Assembly: GCA_038087875.1 (NCBI GenBank)
Contig: CM075992.1
Span: forward strand, 6,264,001-6,328,000
From: Malacoraja senta
Lineage: Eukaryota
DNA length: 64,000 nucleotides
Direction of reading: 5' to 3'
Part shown: positions 25,162 to 37,990 of the stretch, piece after piece
Layout of the letters: each line of letters starts with the position of its first letter
Numbering within the stretch: position 1 is the first letter of the stretch
Made by a program: the position numbers and the translations under genes
The notes under the pieces: generated by a model
Database searches by the model: none
What the model was told of the DNA's origin: nothing
What the model saw: the letters and a program-made list of their open reading frames with translations, nothing else

Positions 25162-25877
25162 GACTTTTTAACCACGCTGCAATGTGGCATTTTGGGTCGA
25201 GACCCTTCCTCAGAGAAACGTCACCCATCCCTTTTTCTCCAGAGATGCTGCCTGACCCACTGAGTTGTCGAGTCATCGAGTGATACAGTATGGAAACAGG
25301 CCCTTCGGCCCAACTTGCCCACACCGACGTTTTCGTTACCACCGGAGATATCGTTAATGTAGCAACATTATGTAGCAAACGTTTGATACTTTGATATTTT
25401 GCTTCTATACTCTGTGGAGTTTCTTGTAATATTTAAGAACAGTCCACAAGTCTAGCAAATGTACCTCTGTCACACCGACGTGTCAGTCATTGTCACTTTA
25501 GTTTGAAAATTAGTGTTTTAATTGCTAATTAAAATTGGCAGTGTATATTGTCGGTATTTTATTTCAACGTTGTACTGGCTGATGCCACACTGACCTATCA
25601 GTCAAGTATAAACGCAAAAAGCTGGAGTAACTCAGCGGGACAGGCAGTGAGAAGGAATAGGAAACGTCACCCATTCCTTCTCTCCAGAGATGCTGCCTGT
25701 CCCGCTGAGTTACTCCAGCATTTTGTGTCTTATCTTTGGTTTAAACCAGCACCTGCAGTTCCTTATTACACATATCAGTCATTGGTTTGAAAATTTGTAA
25801 GTTTAATAGTTCATTAAAATTAGCAATTTCTATTGTAATCACTTTATTTCAAAGTTGTACTCATTTATATTGTTTTA

Positions 25878-25883
25878 AATAAA
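25878..25883 (+). terminator. candidate nanos3 polyadenylation signal
   Basis: First AATAAA seen downstream of the nanos3 stop, in AT-rich context and followed by a T-rich tract. Confidence 0.6.
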
Positions 25884-27269
25884 AGAATTATTTTTTAAGG
25901 TTTTTCCTGTGAAGGTGATTTTTAAAATACAAACATCATTACAGTAAAACAAAGCCTAGTTTTCTATTTGTGTCTTCCTCTGTTTACCCAATACCGCCCA
26001 ATGCTTAGTTGGTCGGTGTATATCTAGAGTAAACTCTATAGATAGTCTGAAGAAGGGTCTCGATCTGAAATGTCACCTATCCATGTTCTCCAGAGGTGCT
26101 GCCTGACCCACTGAGTTACTCCAGTACTTTGTGTCCACACATTCTGGACGTTGTTACCTTTTCAAATCATGTTGAGGGTCTGCCTCGCTTTCGGATATGG
26201 AATCACAAATATAGGCAGACCAGGGAAAGAATCCTGAACTTTCGTCATTGCTTAAGATAGACACAAAAAGCTGGAGTAACTCAGCGAGTCAGGCAGCATT
26301 TCTGGAGAAAAGGAATGGGTGACGTACGGGTCGAGACCCTTCTTCAGTCTGCGTTCCTCTGCTGCCTGACCCGCTGAGTTACTCCAGCATTCTGTGTCTA
26401 TCCTCAGTGTAACCAGCATCTGCAGTCCGATCCCTCACCATTAAATCCCCTAATGACAACGGTGTGATTTGAACACATATCCAGACCTATCGTCAGGCCT
26501 CTGGATACTAGTCCAGTAACGGGTCTGAAGAAGGTCCCGACTTGAAACGTCACCATTCCTTCTCTCCAGTGATGTTGCCTGTCCCGCTGAGTTACTCCAG
26601 CATTTTGTGTCTTATCTTAGGTGTAAACCAGCATCTGCAGTCCTTCCCACACTGAAACATCACCCATTCCTTTTCTTCACAGATGCTGCCTGACTCGTTG
26701 AGTTACTCCAGCTTTTTTGTGCCTTCCTTCAGCTTAATATTCTAATGTATACAGCCTTTTAAAAAGAGGGTAATGAGTCTCTAAAAAATATGCAAAGCTG
26801 ACAAAAGTTTCAGAAGAGTTCCTGACCTGAAACGTTACCTATCCATGTTCTCCAGAGATGCTGCCCGACTTGCCGAGTGTACTTTTTTGTAAACAGCATC
26901 TGCAGTTCCTTGTCTCTACATTTATTCCCTGCCCATCCCTTGGTCAGTAGCTGCTCAAATGGTTAAAGCAATGCTTTAACTATGTCCTACCTGAACAACT
27001 ATTCCTACTTGTTCAGGTAGGAAGTACCTGCTAAAAAAAGTGACTGCACTGTTAATGCACTGAGGAATTAATGATTGAAATTAACGAAAGACCCATGTGA
27101 TACAGCACAGCATAGGAACAGGCCCTTCGCCTGCTGAACATGATGCCAAGTTAAACTAATCTCCTCTGCCTGCACGTGATCCATTCCCTACAGATTAATT
27201 TGGTGGGCAAAACAACTTTTATTAGTTTCTACGCCTGGTCTCAGGCACCTACATTCACCTGTCCACCTG

Positions 27270-27301
<32 letters not shown>

Positions 27302-29540
27302 ACCCCCCCACTTTCTTCACCTCTCCTGTTCCCCACCCACCTGCTTCCATCTTTCACCCATCAACCAGCCGTTGGCCTCAATCTCATCCCTGATACTGCC
27401 ACCTACTGGCAATGCGTCCTCTTCCCTCTCAGCCCTAATGTAGGCAGGCACTCGACCCAAAACGTGAACTTAATGCTCATTGACCTGCTGAGTTCTTCCA
27501 ACATTCTCCCTCGCTGCTCTACATACCGGCATCTGCAGTCTGTGTTATCCACGCACAACTTTCCTAACAAGTAGTTATTGTCTTACTGGGGTGGGAGAAT
27601 GCAACCTACACCTGGTCCGCCCTGTTTCGACGAATGCAATCAACCGGCGTGCACAATCAAATAAGATCAAATAGAACAAGTGTCCTACAAATAAGAACAC
27701 TTAATTCCCTCCAATAACTTTTGACTTTGATGTATACAGTGTCCTTGTCTATGGTTTTTGTCTGTTCTTTTGCACTATGTCTTGTGGTGAGATTTGTGAT
27801 TTGTGATGTGGTATGGATGCACTTTATTATTATGATCTGTGTTGTTATTAGTGTTAATGTGACTAAAGCAGTGTACCATCATGTACCGAACCCAAATACC
27901 ACCAACCCTGGTCGTGTGGCAAATAAAGATTCTATCTATCTATCTTCATCTATCTACCTACAACGTTAGGCTGTGCACGCCATACGCAAGGAGATTGTCT
28001 TACTAACGTGACTCACATTCCTTTCCTTCACACACCTCCCTACCATCGAGGGGATCTATCGCAGTCGCTGCCTCAAAAAGGCTGGCAGCATCATCAAGGA
28101 CCCACCCCATCCTGGCCACACACTAATCTCCCCGCTACCTTCAGGTAGAAGGCACAGGAGCCTGAAGACTGCAACGACCAGGTTCAGGAATAGCTACTTC
28201 CCCACAGCCATCAGGCTATTAACTTGGCTCTCAAACTCTGAACATTAATAGCCCATTATCTGTTATTTGCACTTTATCAGTTTATTTATTCATGTGTGTA
28301 TATATTTATATAATGGTATATGGACACACTGATCTGTTCTGTAGTCAATACCTACTATGTTCTGTTGTGCTGAAGCAAAGCAAGAATTTCATTGTCCTAT
28401 CAGGAACACATGACAATAAACTCTCTTGAATCTTGAATCTTGAATCTGACCCCAGGTAGCTTGGAGCCGAATGAAGTAAATACAGGGTGTAAACAGTCAT
28501 ACAGGTGTAAACAGGCCCTTCGGCCCACATGCCTATGCCGATCAACGTGCCCCATCTATACTAGCCCCACCTGCCTGCGTTTGGCCCATATCCCTTTAAA
28601 CTTATCCTATCCATATACCTGTCTAAATGTTTCTTAATATTGTGATAGTACCTTTTGTTTTGTAATGTTTAGCTAAAATCATTAATTGCAATCTTTTGGT
28701 TGAGAAACAGGGCAATTTTGTAAGGTTTTTACTCTGTTAGACTAAGGAACCCCATTGCATCCTTAAAGGTTCATTGGAAACAAAATGAATATGCGTTTTG
28801 TTTACAAGATGTGAACATCCCTGTGAAAGACCACACATTGTGACATTTGGTTGTAATCTTCCAGCATGTGTTGATTGCATGCAAGAGTGAGAGCAAGAAC
28901 TTCCAGGAGCCACTTTATTACTGCTGTGTCAGTGTGTTTTAAACCACACCGGACATTTATAGACACAAAGTGCTGGAGTAACTCAGCAGGTTAGACAGCA
29001 TAAGGACATGTGACCCTCCCGTTTCTCAGAGATGCTGCCTGACCGCTGAGTTACTCCAGCACTTTATAAGTAGGCAAAATGCTGGAGAAACTCAGCGGGT
29101 GAGGCAGCATCGATGGAGGGAAGGAATAGGCGACGTTTCGGGTCGAGACCCTTCTTCAGACTATAAGGTCATATGTGATAGTAGAATTAGGCCATTCGGC
29201 CCATCTATTCTACTCCAGCATTCAATCTTGGCTGATCTATCTCTCCCTCCTAACCCCATTCTCCTGCCTTCTCCCCATAACCTCTGACACCTGTACTAAT
29301 CAAAAATCTATCTATCTCTGCCTTCAAAATATCCACTGACTTGGGCTCCACAGCCTTCTGTGGCAAAGAATTCCAGATTCACCACCCTTTGACTGAAGAA
29401 ATTTCTCATCTTCCTCCTAAAATAATCGTCCATTAATTCTAAGGCTCTGACCTCTAGTCCTAGACTCTCCCACTAGTGGAAACATCCTCTCCGCATCCAT
29501 TTGCGTCTATCTTCGGTATAAACCAGCATCTGCAATACAC

Positions 29541-30262
29541 CTCCAGTGTGAGAGTGAGGTTAAACGCATATTTGAACAGCATCTGATATTTCGGTTGGGC
29601 AGCTTACAACCCAGTGGTATGAATTTGATTTCTCTAACTTCAAGTAACCTCTGCATTCCCTCTCCATCCCTCCCCCACCCAAGTCGTACCAGCCTCTCCT
29701 TCCTACCTAGCAGACAGCTAACAATGGCCTGTTTCCTTTATCATCGTTACTTTTTTGCATATCTTTCATTCAATTGTTCTATATCTCTCTGCATCACCGC
29801 CAACACCTCTCGTTTCCCTTTCTCTTGACTCTAGTCTGAAGAAGGGTCTTGACCCGACACATCACCCATTCCTTCTCTCCAGAAATGGAATATAAATGAT
29901 TTACCCCTTTAAGAATAAGGAGTAAGCCATTTAGAACGGAGACGAGGGAACACTTTTTCTCACAGAGTTGCGAGTCTGTGGAATTCTCTGCCTCAGAGAG
30001 CAGTGGAGGTCGGTTCTCTGGATACTTTCAAGAGAGGGTTAGATAGGGCTCTTAAAGATAGCGGAGTCAGGGGATATGAGGAGAAGGCAGGAACGGGGTA
30101 CTGATTGGGATGATCAGCCATGATCACATTGAATGACGGTGCTGGCTCGAAGGGCCGAATGGCCTACTCCTGCACCTATTGTCTATTGAGATGCTGCCTG
30201 TCCTGCTGTTACTCCAGCATTTTGTGTCTATCTTCAGATTAAACCAGCATCTGCAGTTCCTT
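29541..30262 (+). mobile_element. Penelope-like 3' relic interrupted by a CR1 3' fragment (about 29885-30187)
   Basis: Encodes LQCESEVKRIFEQHLIFRLGSLQPSGMN (endonuclease end), then UTR, then CTGAAGAAGGGTCTTGACCC. The tail resumes at about 30188. Confidence 0.8.
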
Positions 30263-32264
30263 TCTCCCCATTTCCCCACTGACTTTTTTTGTAATCCGCA
30301 GTTCTTTGTTTCTCCATGTTTAACATCTGCTTGAGAAACACACATCTTGAGCTGTGTGCCGCTGACACGTTCAGCACTGGTTATAAATTGAAACATTCCT
30401 CAGAGATTGCTGTGCTCCCAACCTAATAAAATGCACCTTTAGAGGTTACTTAATCAATTTTATACATTATTTTAATAATTAATATTGAATGAGCTTGACT
30501 TTTCACGCAAACTTACCCATCCTAGTTTTGTTAGCCAGACAGTGAGGTGTCAAATGTAAATGGTAAAGTTATATTCTGCCGCTGTGAGAAATAATAATTG
30601 GTGCTACTGAGTCCTGCGGTTTAAATTTCTAATTACCCCACTTCATGTTTGTGTTTTTGGATCTTCTCCAAACGATCCCTGCTCATTTCTTTTTCCATTG
30701 CCACAGCAGTCATTCTTGTGCGCTGTTAACTTCTTTTTTTTGTTCAGTGTCTCATTTGCAAGGCTTTTCAAATTCCAGCCAAGAGCACCCAAGTGTAGCT
30801 GAAACCTCTCCATATTCGGTTCTTGTGTGGCCGATTCCTAGAACAGCTTCAGAAACTCTTCAGAAACTACAATTGACAGATTCATTTTCTGGATACGGTT
30901 CTGAGAAACTTGGTGGTTAGGGGTGGTATGTGTGGTACCGTACATATTATAAGTGTGTAATATTTTTTATCTTTTAAAACTTCTGCTTATTAGTCACAAA
31001 AATAATGAAGGTAGGAAAATTATCCTCTGCAGACTTGCTCGATGACAAAGGCTTCCAACTTGAAACGTCGTCAGTCCATATCCTCCAGATAGGTTGCTTA
31101 GTTTATTTTAGAATTACAGCATAGAAACAGACCCTTCAGCCCACTGAGTCCATATTGACCATCAATCATACTGATTCTATGTTCCCCTACTTTCACGCCC
31201 TGGTATAATTGTAAATTGTCCCTAGTGCGTGTAGGAGAGTGTAAGTGTATCGGGATCGCTGGACAGCGCAGACTCGGTGTGCTGAAGGGCATGCTTCCAT
31301 GCTGTACCTCTAAAACTAAAACTAATTCAGACCTGTGGTGAGTAAAGGGAGATGAAGCTTCACAACGTATTTTGTATATATTACAAAAGCAGTTTAGATC
31401 ACCCTGCTATCGGAGGGATATCATTGAGCTGGAAAGAGTGCAGAACGTTATGAGGATGTTGGCAAGAATCGTGGGCGTGAGCTTTAGGGAGAGGTTGGGC
31501 AAGCTAGGACTTTATTCCCCAAAGTGCAGGAGGCTGGGGGGTGATATGCAAGAGGTGTATAAAATCATGAGGGGAATAGATAGGGTAGCTGCACAGTTCT
31601 TTTTTCAGGGTGGAGGAATCAAGAACTAGAGGGCATAGGTTTAAAGTGAGAGGGGAACGTTTTAATATGAACCTGAGAGGCAACCTTTTCACACAGAAGG
31701 TACATGCAGTTGAGGTAGGTACAGTAACAATTAAAAGTCATTTGAACAGGTGCATGGATAGGTATGGTTTAGAGGGATGTAGGAATTGCTTAGATGGGGC
31801 ATCTTGGTTGAGTTGGGCCGAAGGGCCTGTTTCCATGATGTATGACATGTACAAATGATTATATGTATACTATCCTTCATTGAGAACAGATCAGTTGATT
31901 GCCGACCTTATTAAGATACAAACTTTTAATTCCATCCACAGTTTATGAAAATTTCAATATAATAAGAACTACATCAAAATGGGGCAGTAGCATTGCTCCC
32001 TACCTAAAGATCATTCACCGAAAGAACATTTTAACTGCTGCAAAACAAGACAAATTATGCCCCAGGATAACTTTCCATAGTTGATATGTCGAGTGACGAG
32101 CAGAAACACAAAGCAAAGGACTTTCACCCACACGTTCTCATGAATCAGCACAAGGCCATGCACATTTTTCAATTAATACTACAGTCAAACAATATGAAAG
32201 AGAAACCGTGCAAGACATTGGTGGTAAATTTCTGCTACCCACAGTGGTGATGAAATATTTCTGG

Positions 32265-32940
32265 CTTATTAATACTCTCCTGTGTTGAGCCAGTCTGTCT
32301 GACTCACATCCTTCAATTTGGTTCTAATCACAATTGTTGAAATTCCTGCTTCTGAACCTTTACTTATGTAGATGATGAACAAGAGAGGGCCCAGCACCAA
32401 TTCTATTAGATCACTGGTTCCCACCTTGTGAAACGAAGCTACCTTAATATGTAGCAAGCAACTGCAAATGCTGGTTCAAACCGAAGATAGACACAAGAAG
32501 CTGGAGTAACTCAGCGGGTCAGACAGTATCACAGGAGAAAAGGAATAGGTGACGTTTCGGGTTGAGACCTTTCTTCAGACTGACAGTGAGGGGAGAGGGA
32601 AACGAGAGATAAAGACTCTCAGTCTGAAGAAGGGTCTCGACCCGAAACGTCACCTATTCCTTTTCTCCAGAGATGCTGCCTCACCCGCTGAGTTACTCCA
32701 GCTTCTTGTGTCTATCTTCGGTTTGAACCAGCATTTGCAGTTGCTTGCTACATATTAAGGTAGCTTCGTTTCACAAGGTGGGAACCAGTGATCTAATAGA
32801 ATTGGTGCTGGGCCCTCTCTTGTTCATCATCTACATAAGTAAAGGTTCAGAAGCAGGAATTTCAACAATTGTGATTAGAACCAAATTGAAGGATGTGAGT
32901 CAGACAGAGGACTGGCTCAACACAGGAGAGTATTAATAAG
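32265..32940. repeat. long near-perfect inverted repeat (fold-back)
   Basis: 32265-32519 is the reverse complement of 32683-32940 except for one 3-bp indel. Imperfect pairing continues inward to a spacer of about 35 nt. Confidence 0.95.
32624..32654 (+). ncRNA. minimal type-I hammerhead ribozyme motif (representative copy)
   Basis: CTGAAGA-A-GGGTCTCGACCC-GAAAC-GTC-ACC: catalytic core, stem II hairpin and NUH site. Activity not shown. Confidence 0.7.
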
Positions 32941-33670
32941 TCTGAAGAATAAGTGTGCAACTGAATTTCAAAATAAGGCAAGTATGCGATGTATATTATG
33001 GCTATATGAATAAGGAGCCCATGCAATCCTTGGAACATAATGAGGTGCAGGAAGAGGGATCTGGGATTATAAATACACAAATAAATGCTAACAGGCAATG
33101 CAGACTAATGAAACATTGTAGCTTATTTCTGGAGAAGAAACTGGAATGTAAACAACTAACGTTGGATCTTTACAGAACAATGCTTTATGAAACTTGGAAT
33201 GCTGTTTATATAAAATAGATTTACAAGTTATGGTGGTGCGACAAAGATTAATTAAGATGGTATCGTATTTCAGATAATCAGGAAAGATTGATCATACTCA
33301 GGCTCTTTTCAATAGAAACAGGAGAACTGAAGGGTGATTTTATAATGAGACTTTTGTGAAAGGGTAAATATAGATGTTTTCTCTCGTGCAAGAGACCATA
33401 ACTATGGTCTATAAACGTAAAATAGTCATTGGAACAACGTCAAAGGAGGATTTCAAGGAAACTTACTTACCAGGGGGTGTCTGCAATTTGGAACTTGGGG
33501 GCACAATTAGTATTGAAGTGGTCCAGATGCATTTAAAGGGAAGCTTGATAAACACTTGGGAGAAAGGAACAGAAAGATACCTCGAGATTTAAAGAAGCGA
33601 GACAGAGAGCTTTTAGTGCAGCATAAACTACAAGTGGACATGTTGAGGCAACTGGCCTTGTTTCTATGCT
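32760..33670 (+). mobile_element. old, highly degenerate CR1 relic
   Basis: VLGPLLFIIYI RT motif followed by decayed downstream CR1 motifs in colinear order. Confidence 0.6.
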
Positions 33671-33718
33671 GCAAGTACGTCAGTGACTATATGGAACACC
33701 AGAAAGCCCCAACTCCTT

Positions 33719-33860
33719 TCACAGATCTTTTCTCTTCAGTAAATACGGTACATTTGCCGCTCCTTTTGGGAAGTGTGGGTGTCTGCCGGTAGTTCTTGCT
33801 TTCCTGGTTTTGTGCCGTTTCATGCTTTCCAGCTCCCGGTGAGTGATCATAATGATACGA
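33719..33860 (-). CDS. brme1: BRME1 last coding exon
   Basis: Acceptor ttttttcgtag; encodes (N)RIIMITHRELESMKRHKTRK..KRKDL*, matching BRME1 NRLIMxTHRDLE. TGA at 33721-33719. Confidence 0.9.
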
Positions 33861-36800
33861 CTACGAAAAAATGATCAAGAAACAGTTACAACATTGCACA
33901 TATATGTAGTTTATAAGATAATATGGTCAATGATTTAACTTTCCAGCTAAATCATCTGGCCAGCCCTTCCTTTACCTATCTCCAGTACATCCCCCCCCCC
34001 CCCCCGCTTTCAGTCTGAGTGGGGATCCTGTCCGAAGCATCACCCATCCTTTTCTCCAGAGATGCCGCCTAACCCTTTGACTTACTCCAGGACTTTGTGT
34101 CTATCTTTGTTATAAACTGACATCTGCAGTTCTTTCCTACACATTTAACTTCCCAGGCTGGCTTCGTGTGCAATGCTCACGGCTTCAAACAGAGACTGTG
34201 GATTTCAACACCCACCTTCGGCACGGACATAGTGGGCCGAAGGGCCTGCTCCTGTGCTATATTGTTCAATGTTCTATATGACTGCAACTAATAAGGCAAA
34301 TATTGTTATAAAAGACACAAAGTTCCGGAGTAACTCAGCATGTCAGGCAGCATCTCTGGAGAACATGGTTGGATGACATTTGGGATCAGGATCCTTGTTT
34401 GTGTTGTATTTTGTAAACCAGCATCTGCATTTCCTTGTGTCTGGCAGTGTAATGGTTTAGTTTAGTTTAGTTTAGAGATATAGCGTGGGAACAGGTCCTT
34501 CGGCCCACCGAGACCATGCCGACCAGCGATCACCTATAGACTAGTTCTGTCCTACACACTAGGGACAATTTACAAAAGCCAACTAAACCTGCACGTCTTT
34601 GGAATGTGGGAGGAAACCGGAGCACCCGGAGAAAACCCACACGGTCACAGATAGAACGTGCAAAATCTGCGCAGACAGCACCCATGGTCAGGTTCCAATC
34701 TGGGTCTCTGACGCTGTAAGGCAGCAACTCCACCGCTATTCTGTTTGTCATCAGTGTCACCTAATCTTTTTCAAAGAATGTATGTTTGGTAAAATACCTA
34801 AAGTTCTGCTGAACAAGAACTGCAAGTTCTTTTGGCAGTCCAATCCTTGCTCAACAAAAACCACCAAGAACATGTTAGCAGGTCACTTGCATTACCGCCC
34901 TTGTGCTTTATTTATTTACATTATGGCCACTGCGCTTTACTGTTAGTTAACCGGTCATCAAGATTTCCTAATCAGATGGTAATCCTGCATTCTGCGGTGC
35001 ATGTGTGAAGGAGACATTAGCTTTAATTCTAAGGAATAATAAACTACTAGGCTTTTTATGGAAGAACATTAAGCACTTCACCTCATCGTGTTCTACTGAA
35101 AGTGGAAATTCTGCTGCAGAATAATCAAGGATGAAACATCCAGACAGGCTGTACGTTATGAAGGAATTCATGTTTCATTTGGTCTTGATGATCTGAAGTC
35201 AAATGCAATACCCCTTCAGAAACGCAAACATGCCTTGGCCTGAAGTAAAGACACAAAGTGCTGGAGTAACTCAGCGGGTCAGGCTGTAACTCTGGAGAAC
35301 GTAGACAGGCGACGTTTCGAGTCAGGACCCTTCTTTGGACATCTGGAGTCCCGATTCAAAACGTCACCTATCCATGTTCTCCAGGGATGCTGCCTGACCC
35401 GCTGAATTACTCCAGCACTTTGTGTTTTGTGTTGCAGCATCTGTTTCTTGGTTTATGTGACTGTCTAGGCCAGGTTAAACAACTCTCTGCGATTTCCTGC
35501 AGTCTTGTATGGAGCTGTTCTCAAACCATGCTGTGTTGCCGGTAGTTACTGCAAACAGCTTTGCTTTAATTCCAGATTTTATTGAGTGTTATCACTTGAG
35601 TATTATCCAGAGTGTTATTCCAGACTTGAGTGTTATCTCCTCTGCTGCAGTGGTGGGAATGTTCTATCAGTTTCCCTTTCACTGCTATGGGTTTTCCAAC
35701 GCTGCAGAAACACATATAAAAGTCCAGATGCAACTTGCAACCTCGTGCCTGAATGACTGCCATGCCGGCGATTACCTCTATTGAACATAATTAGAGTGTA
35801 CGGGGTGTTGACAAGTAAAGAGTCAAAGAAATGGAAGGTGAAACTGATAATTTGTTCTTTTAATAGGGGAATTGCGAATGGAAAAAATTTCCTCAGACTC
35901 TTGTTCTCGTTAATTCCTCTTCTTCAAATAAAAATTTATTTTACGAGCTAATTACCTCCTACTTTTTTTACTTTCCTCCCCGGTATAATCTCTTCCTGGC
36001 ATTACTCATACTGTAAGATTACTGTAACAAAATTGGCCACATCTAGTGCTGCTTTTGGCTGGCTACTTGAATGCATACAAGAGCAAGCATTGAGTAAGGA
36101 GGTTGGATTCCTCACCCATGGAATTGCTTGGCCCGTGCATAGTTTCCCCCTACACTGAGCCTGTGTGTGAACTGGCAGCCCAAATACTCCAGATAACATA
36201 CATATTTCCTTAAAAGTAATCGCACAGCATTCCCTTAGGTCTTCAGTGATTTATATTTGTGTGTAAAATATGGGTCTGAGCACAAACATACCTCCTTTGG
36301 TTCATTCTATATACCCACCACTTCTTGTGAAAAGCTGCCCCTCAGATTCCCATTAAATCTTTCCCCCTCACCTAAAACCTATGTCCTCTGATTTTGATTT
36401 CTCCACTCTAGACTGTGCATCTACCCCATCTATTCCCCTCATGATCTCATACACCTTTATAACTGATCATAGATTTATACCTAAGATAGACACAAAAAGC
36501 TGGAGTAACTCAGCGGGACAGGCAACATCTCTGGAGAGGAATGGGTGACGTTTCGAGAACCTTCTTCATTCCTTCTCTCCAGAGATGCTGCCTGTCCCGC
36601 TGAGTTACTCCAGCTTTTTGCGTCTATCTTCGGTTTTAACCAGCATCTGCAGTTCCTTCCTACACAGAATTATATCTGCCGTGCATGGAGGAGACAGCAG
36701 CAACTGTTCACATAGGTAGGTCTGCTATCACATGATTGATGCGTTCCCAAGGAACATTGTATTATAGAAAATCGTGTTAGAAAGATAATTTTGTCAATGA

Positions 36801-37900
36801 GGGAAAAGGGATCAGGAGTTAGAAAGTCTCAATAACAAAGTTATTTTTCCTGCAGGATTAAAAAAAACATAAAGGTAATTTCAATAGCAGTAAGTTTTCT
36901 TTGGGTTGCTGCAAGCTAAAAATACCAAAGGCTGTGCATTGTTCAACAGAATATCATTGCATAAGTGTCAATAGAAGTGATTGCCTGTTAATTTCAATGG
37001 CCACCCGCGGTTAAAGTAGCAACTGTGTTCTTAAGAGACTGATTACTGCAGGGAATCATTTTCCCCCCTGAACTGTTGAAATCTGATCGTTTTTTTTCCT
37101 GATTGTCAATTTCCAAAGTAACTTTTAAGTGGTTCGCTATTTCTCGATCAAAATTGTGTTGTAATCAATTTTGGACTGCTTGATACAAACAGTGTTCCTG
37201 GATTCATAACCCGTGTTACAATAGAACTACCTCCCAGAGTCATACAGCATGGAAACAAACCCTCGGCCCAACTCGCCCACGCCAACTGTCCTTCTACACT
37301 AATCCCACCTGGCTGCATTTGCCTCATCTCTCTCAAAACCTTTCCTATCCATGTACCTGTCTAAATGTCTTTTCAATGCAGTTATAGTATCTGCCCCAAC
37401 TATGCTCCTCCGGCAATTCATTCTATATACCCACCAACCTCTATGTGAAAAAGTTGCCCCTCAGATTCCCATTCATTCTTTCCCCTCTCACCTTAAACCC
37501 ATATCCTCTGATTCTTGATTCCCCTACTCTGGGTAAAAGACTGCGTATCTACCTTATCTATTGCCCTCATGATCTTGTACCATTATAAAATCACTCCTCA
37601 TCCTCCTACGCTCCATGGAATACAGTCCTAGCATGCCCAACCTCTTCCTAGAGCTCAAGCCCTCGAGTCCTGACAACGTCCTCGTAAATCTTCTCAGCAC
37701 TCTTTCCAGCTTAACAACATTTTTCCTATAGCAATATAAAGTGTTATATATCAGAACACGATTCACTGCTGAAAGAACTGTGATCATATTTATACTGGTT
37801 GTTTCATCTGCACCATTTACACAGAATTCTAAGCAGTTGTAAAAAATGTTGAACTACGTAACACTGTTGGAATGATTTCAAGTGCATAAATATTACTCAC

Positions 37901-37990
37901 TTGATTTTGGAAAGTTCATTAATGAGCCCACAGACGACATGTGTGGCATCTTCCTCTTCTGCAAAAGAAAGGGACTGCCAATCTGCCTCA
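37901..37990 (-). CDS. brme1: BRME1 penultimate exon (90 nt)
   Basis: Encodes EADWQSLSFAEEEDATHVVCGLINELSKI, matching the conserved BRME1 C-terminal EDAT..GLI.ELS helix. Acceptor gcttacag, donor AA|GTGAGT. Confidence 0.9.

Noticed and set aside
27272..27310. Poly-proline coding segment
   Set aside because: Simple poly(C) tract inside a degenerate repeat.
32269..32936. Duplicated small protein gene pair (62 and 63 aa ORFs)
   Set aside because: By-product of the inverted duplication of a decayed CR1 RT fragment.
36114..36150. Possible extra brme1 cassette exon
   Set aside because: Weak acceptor; the flanking exons already join in frame through the conserved motif.
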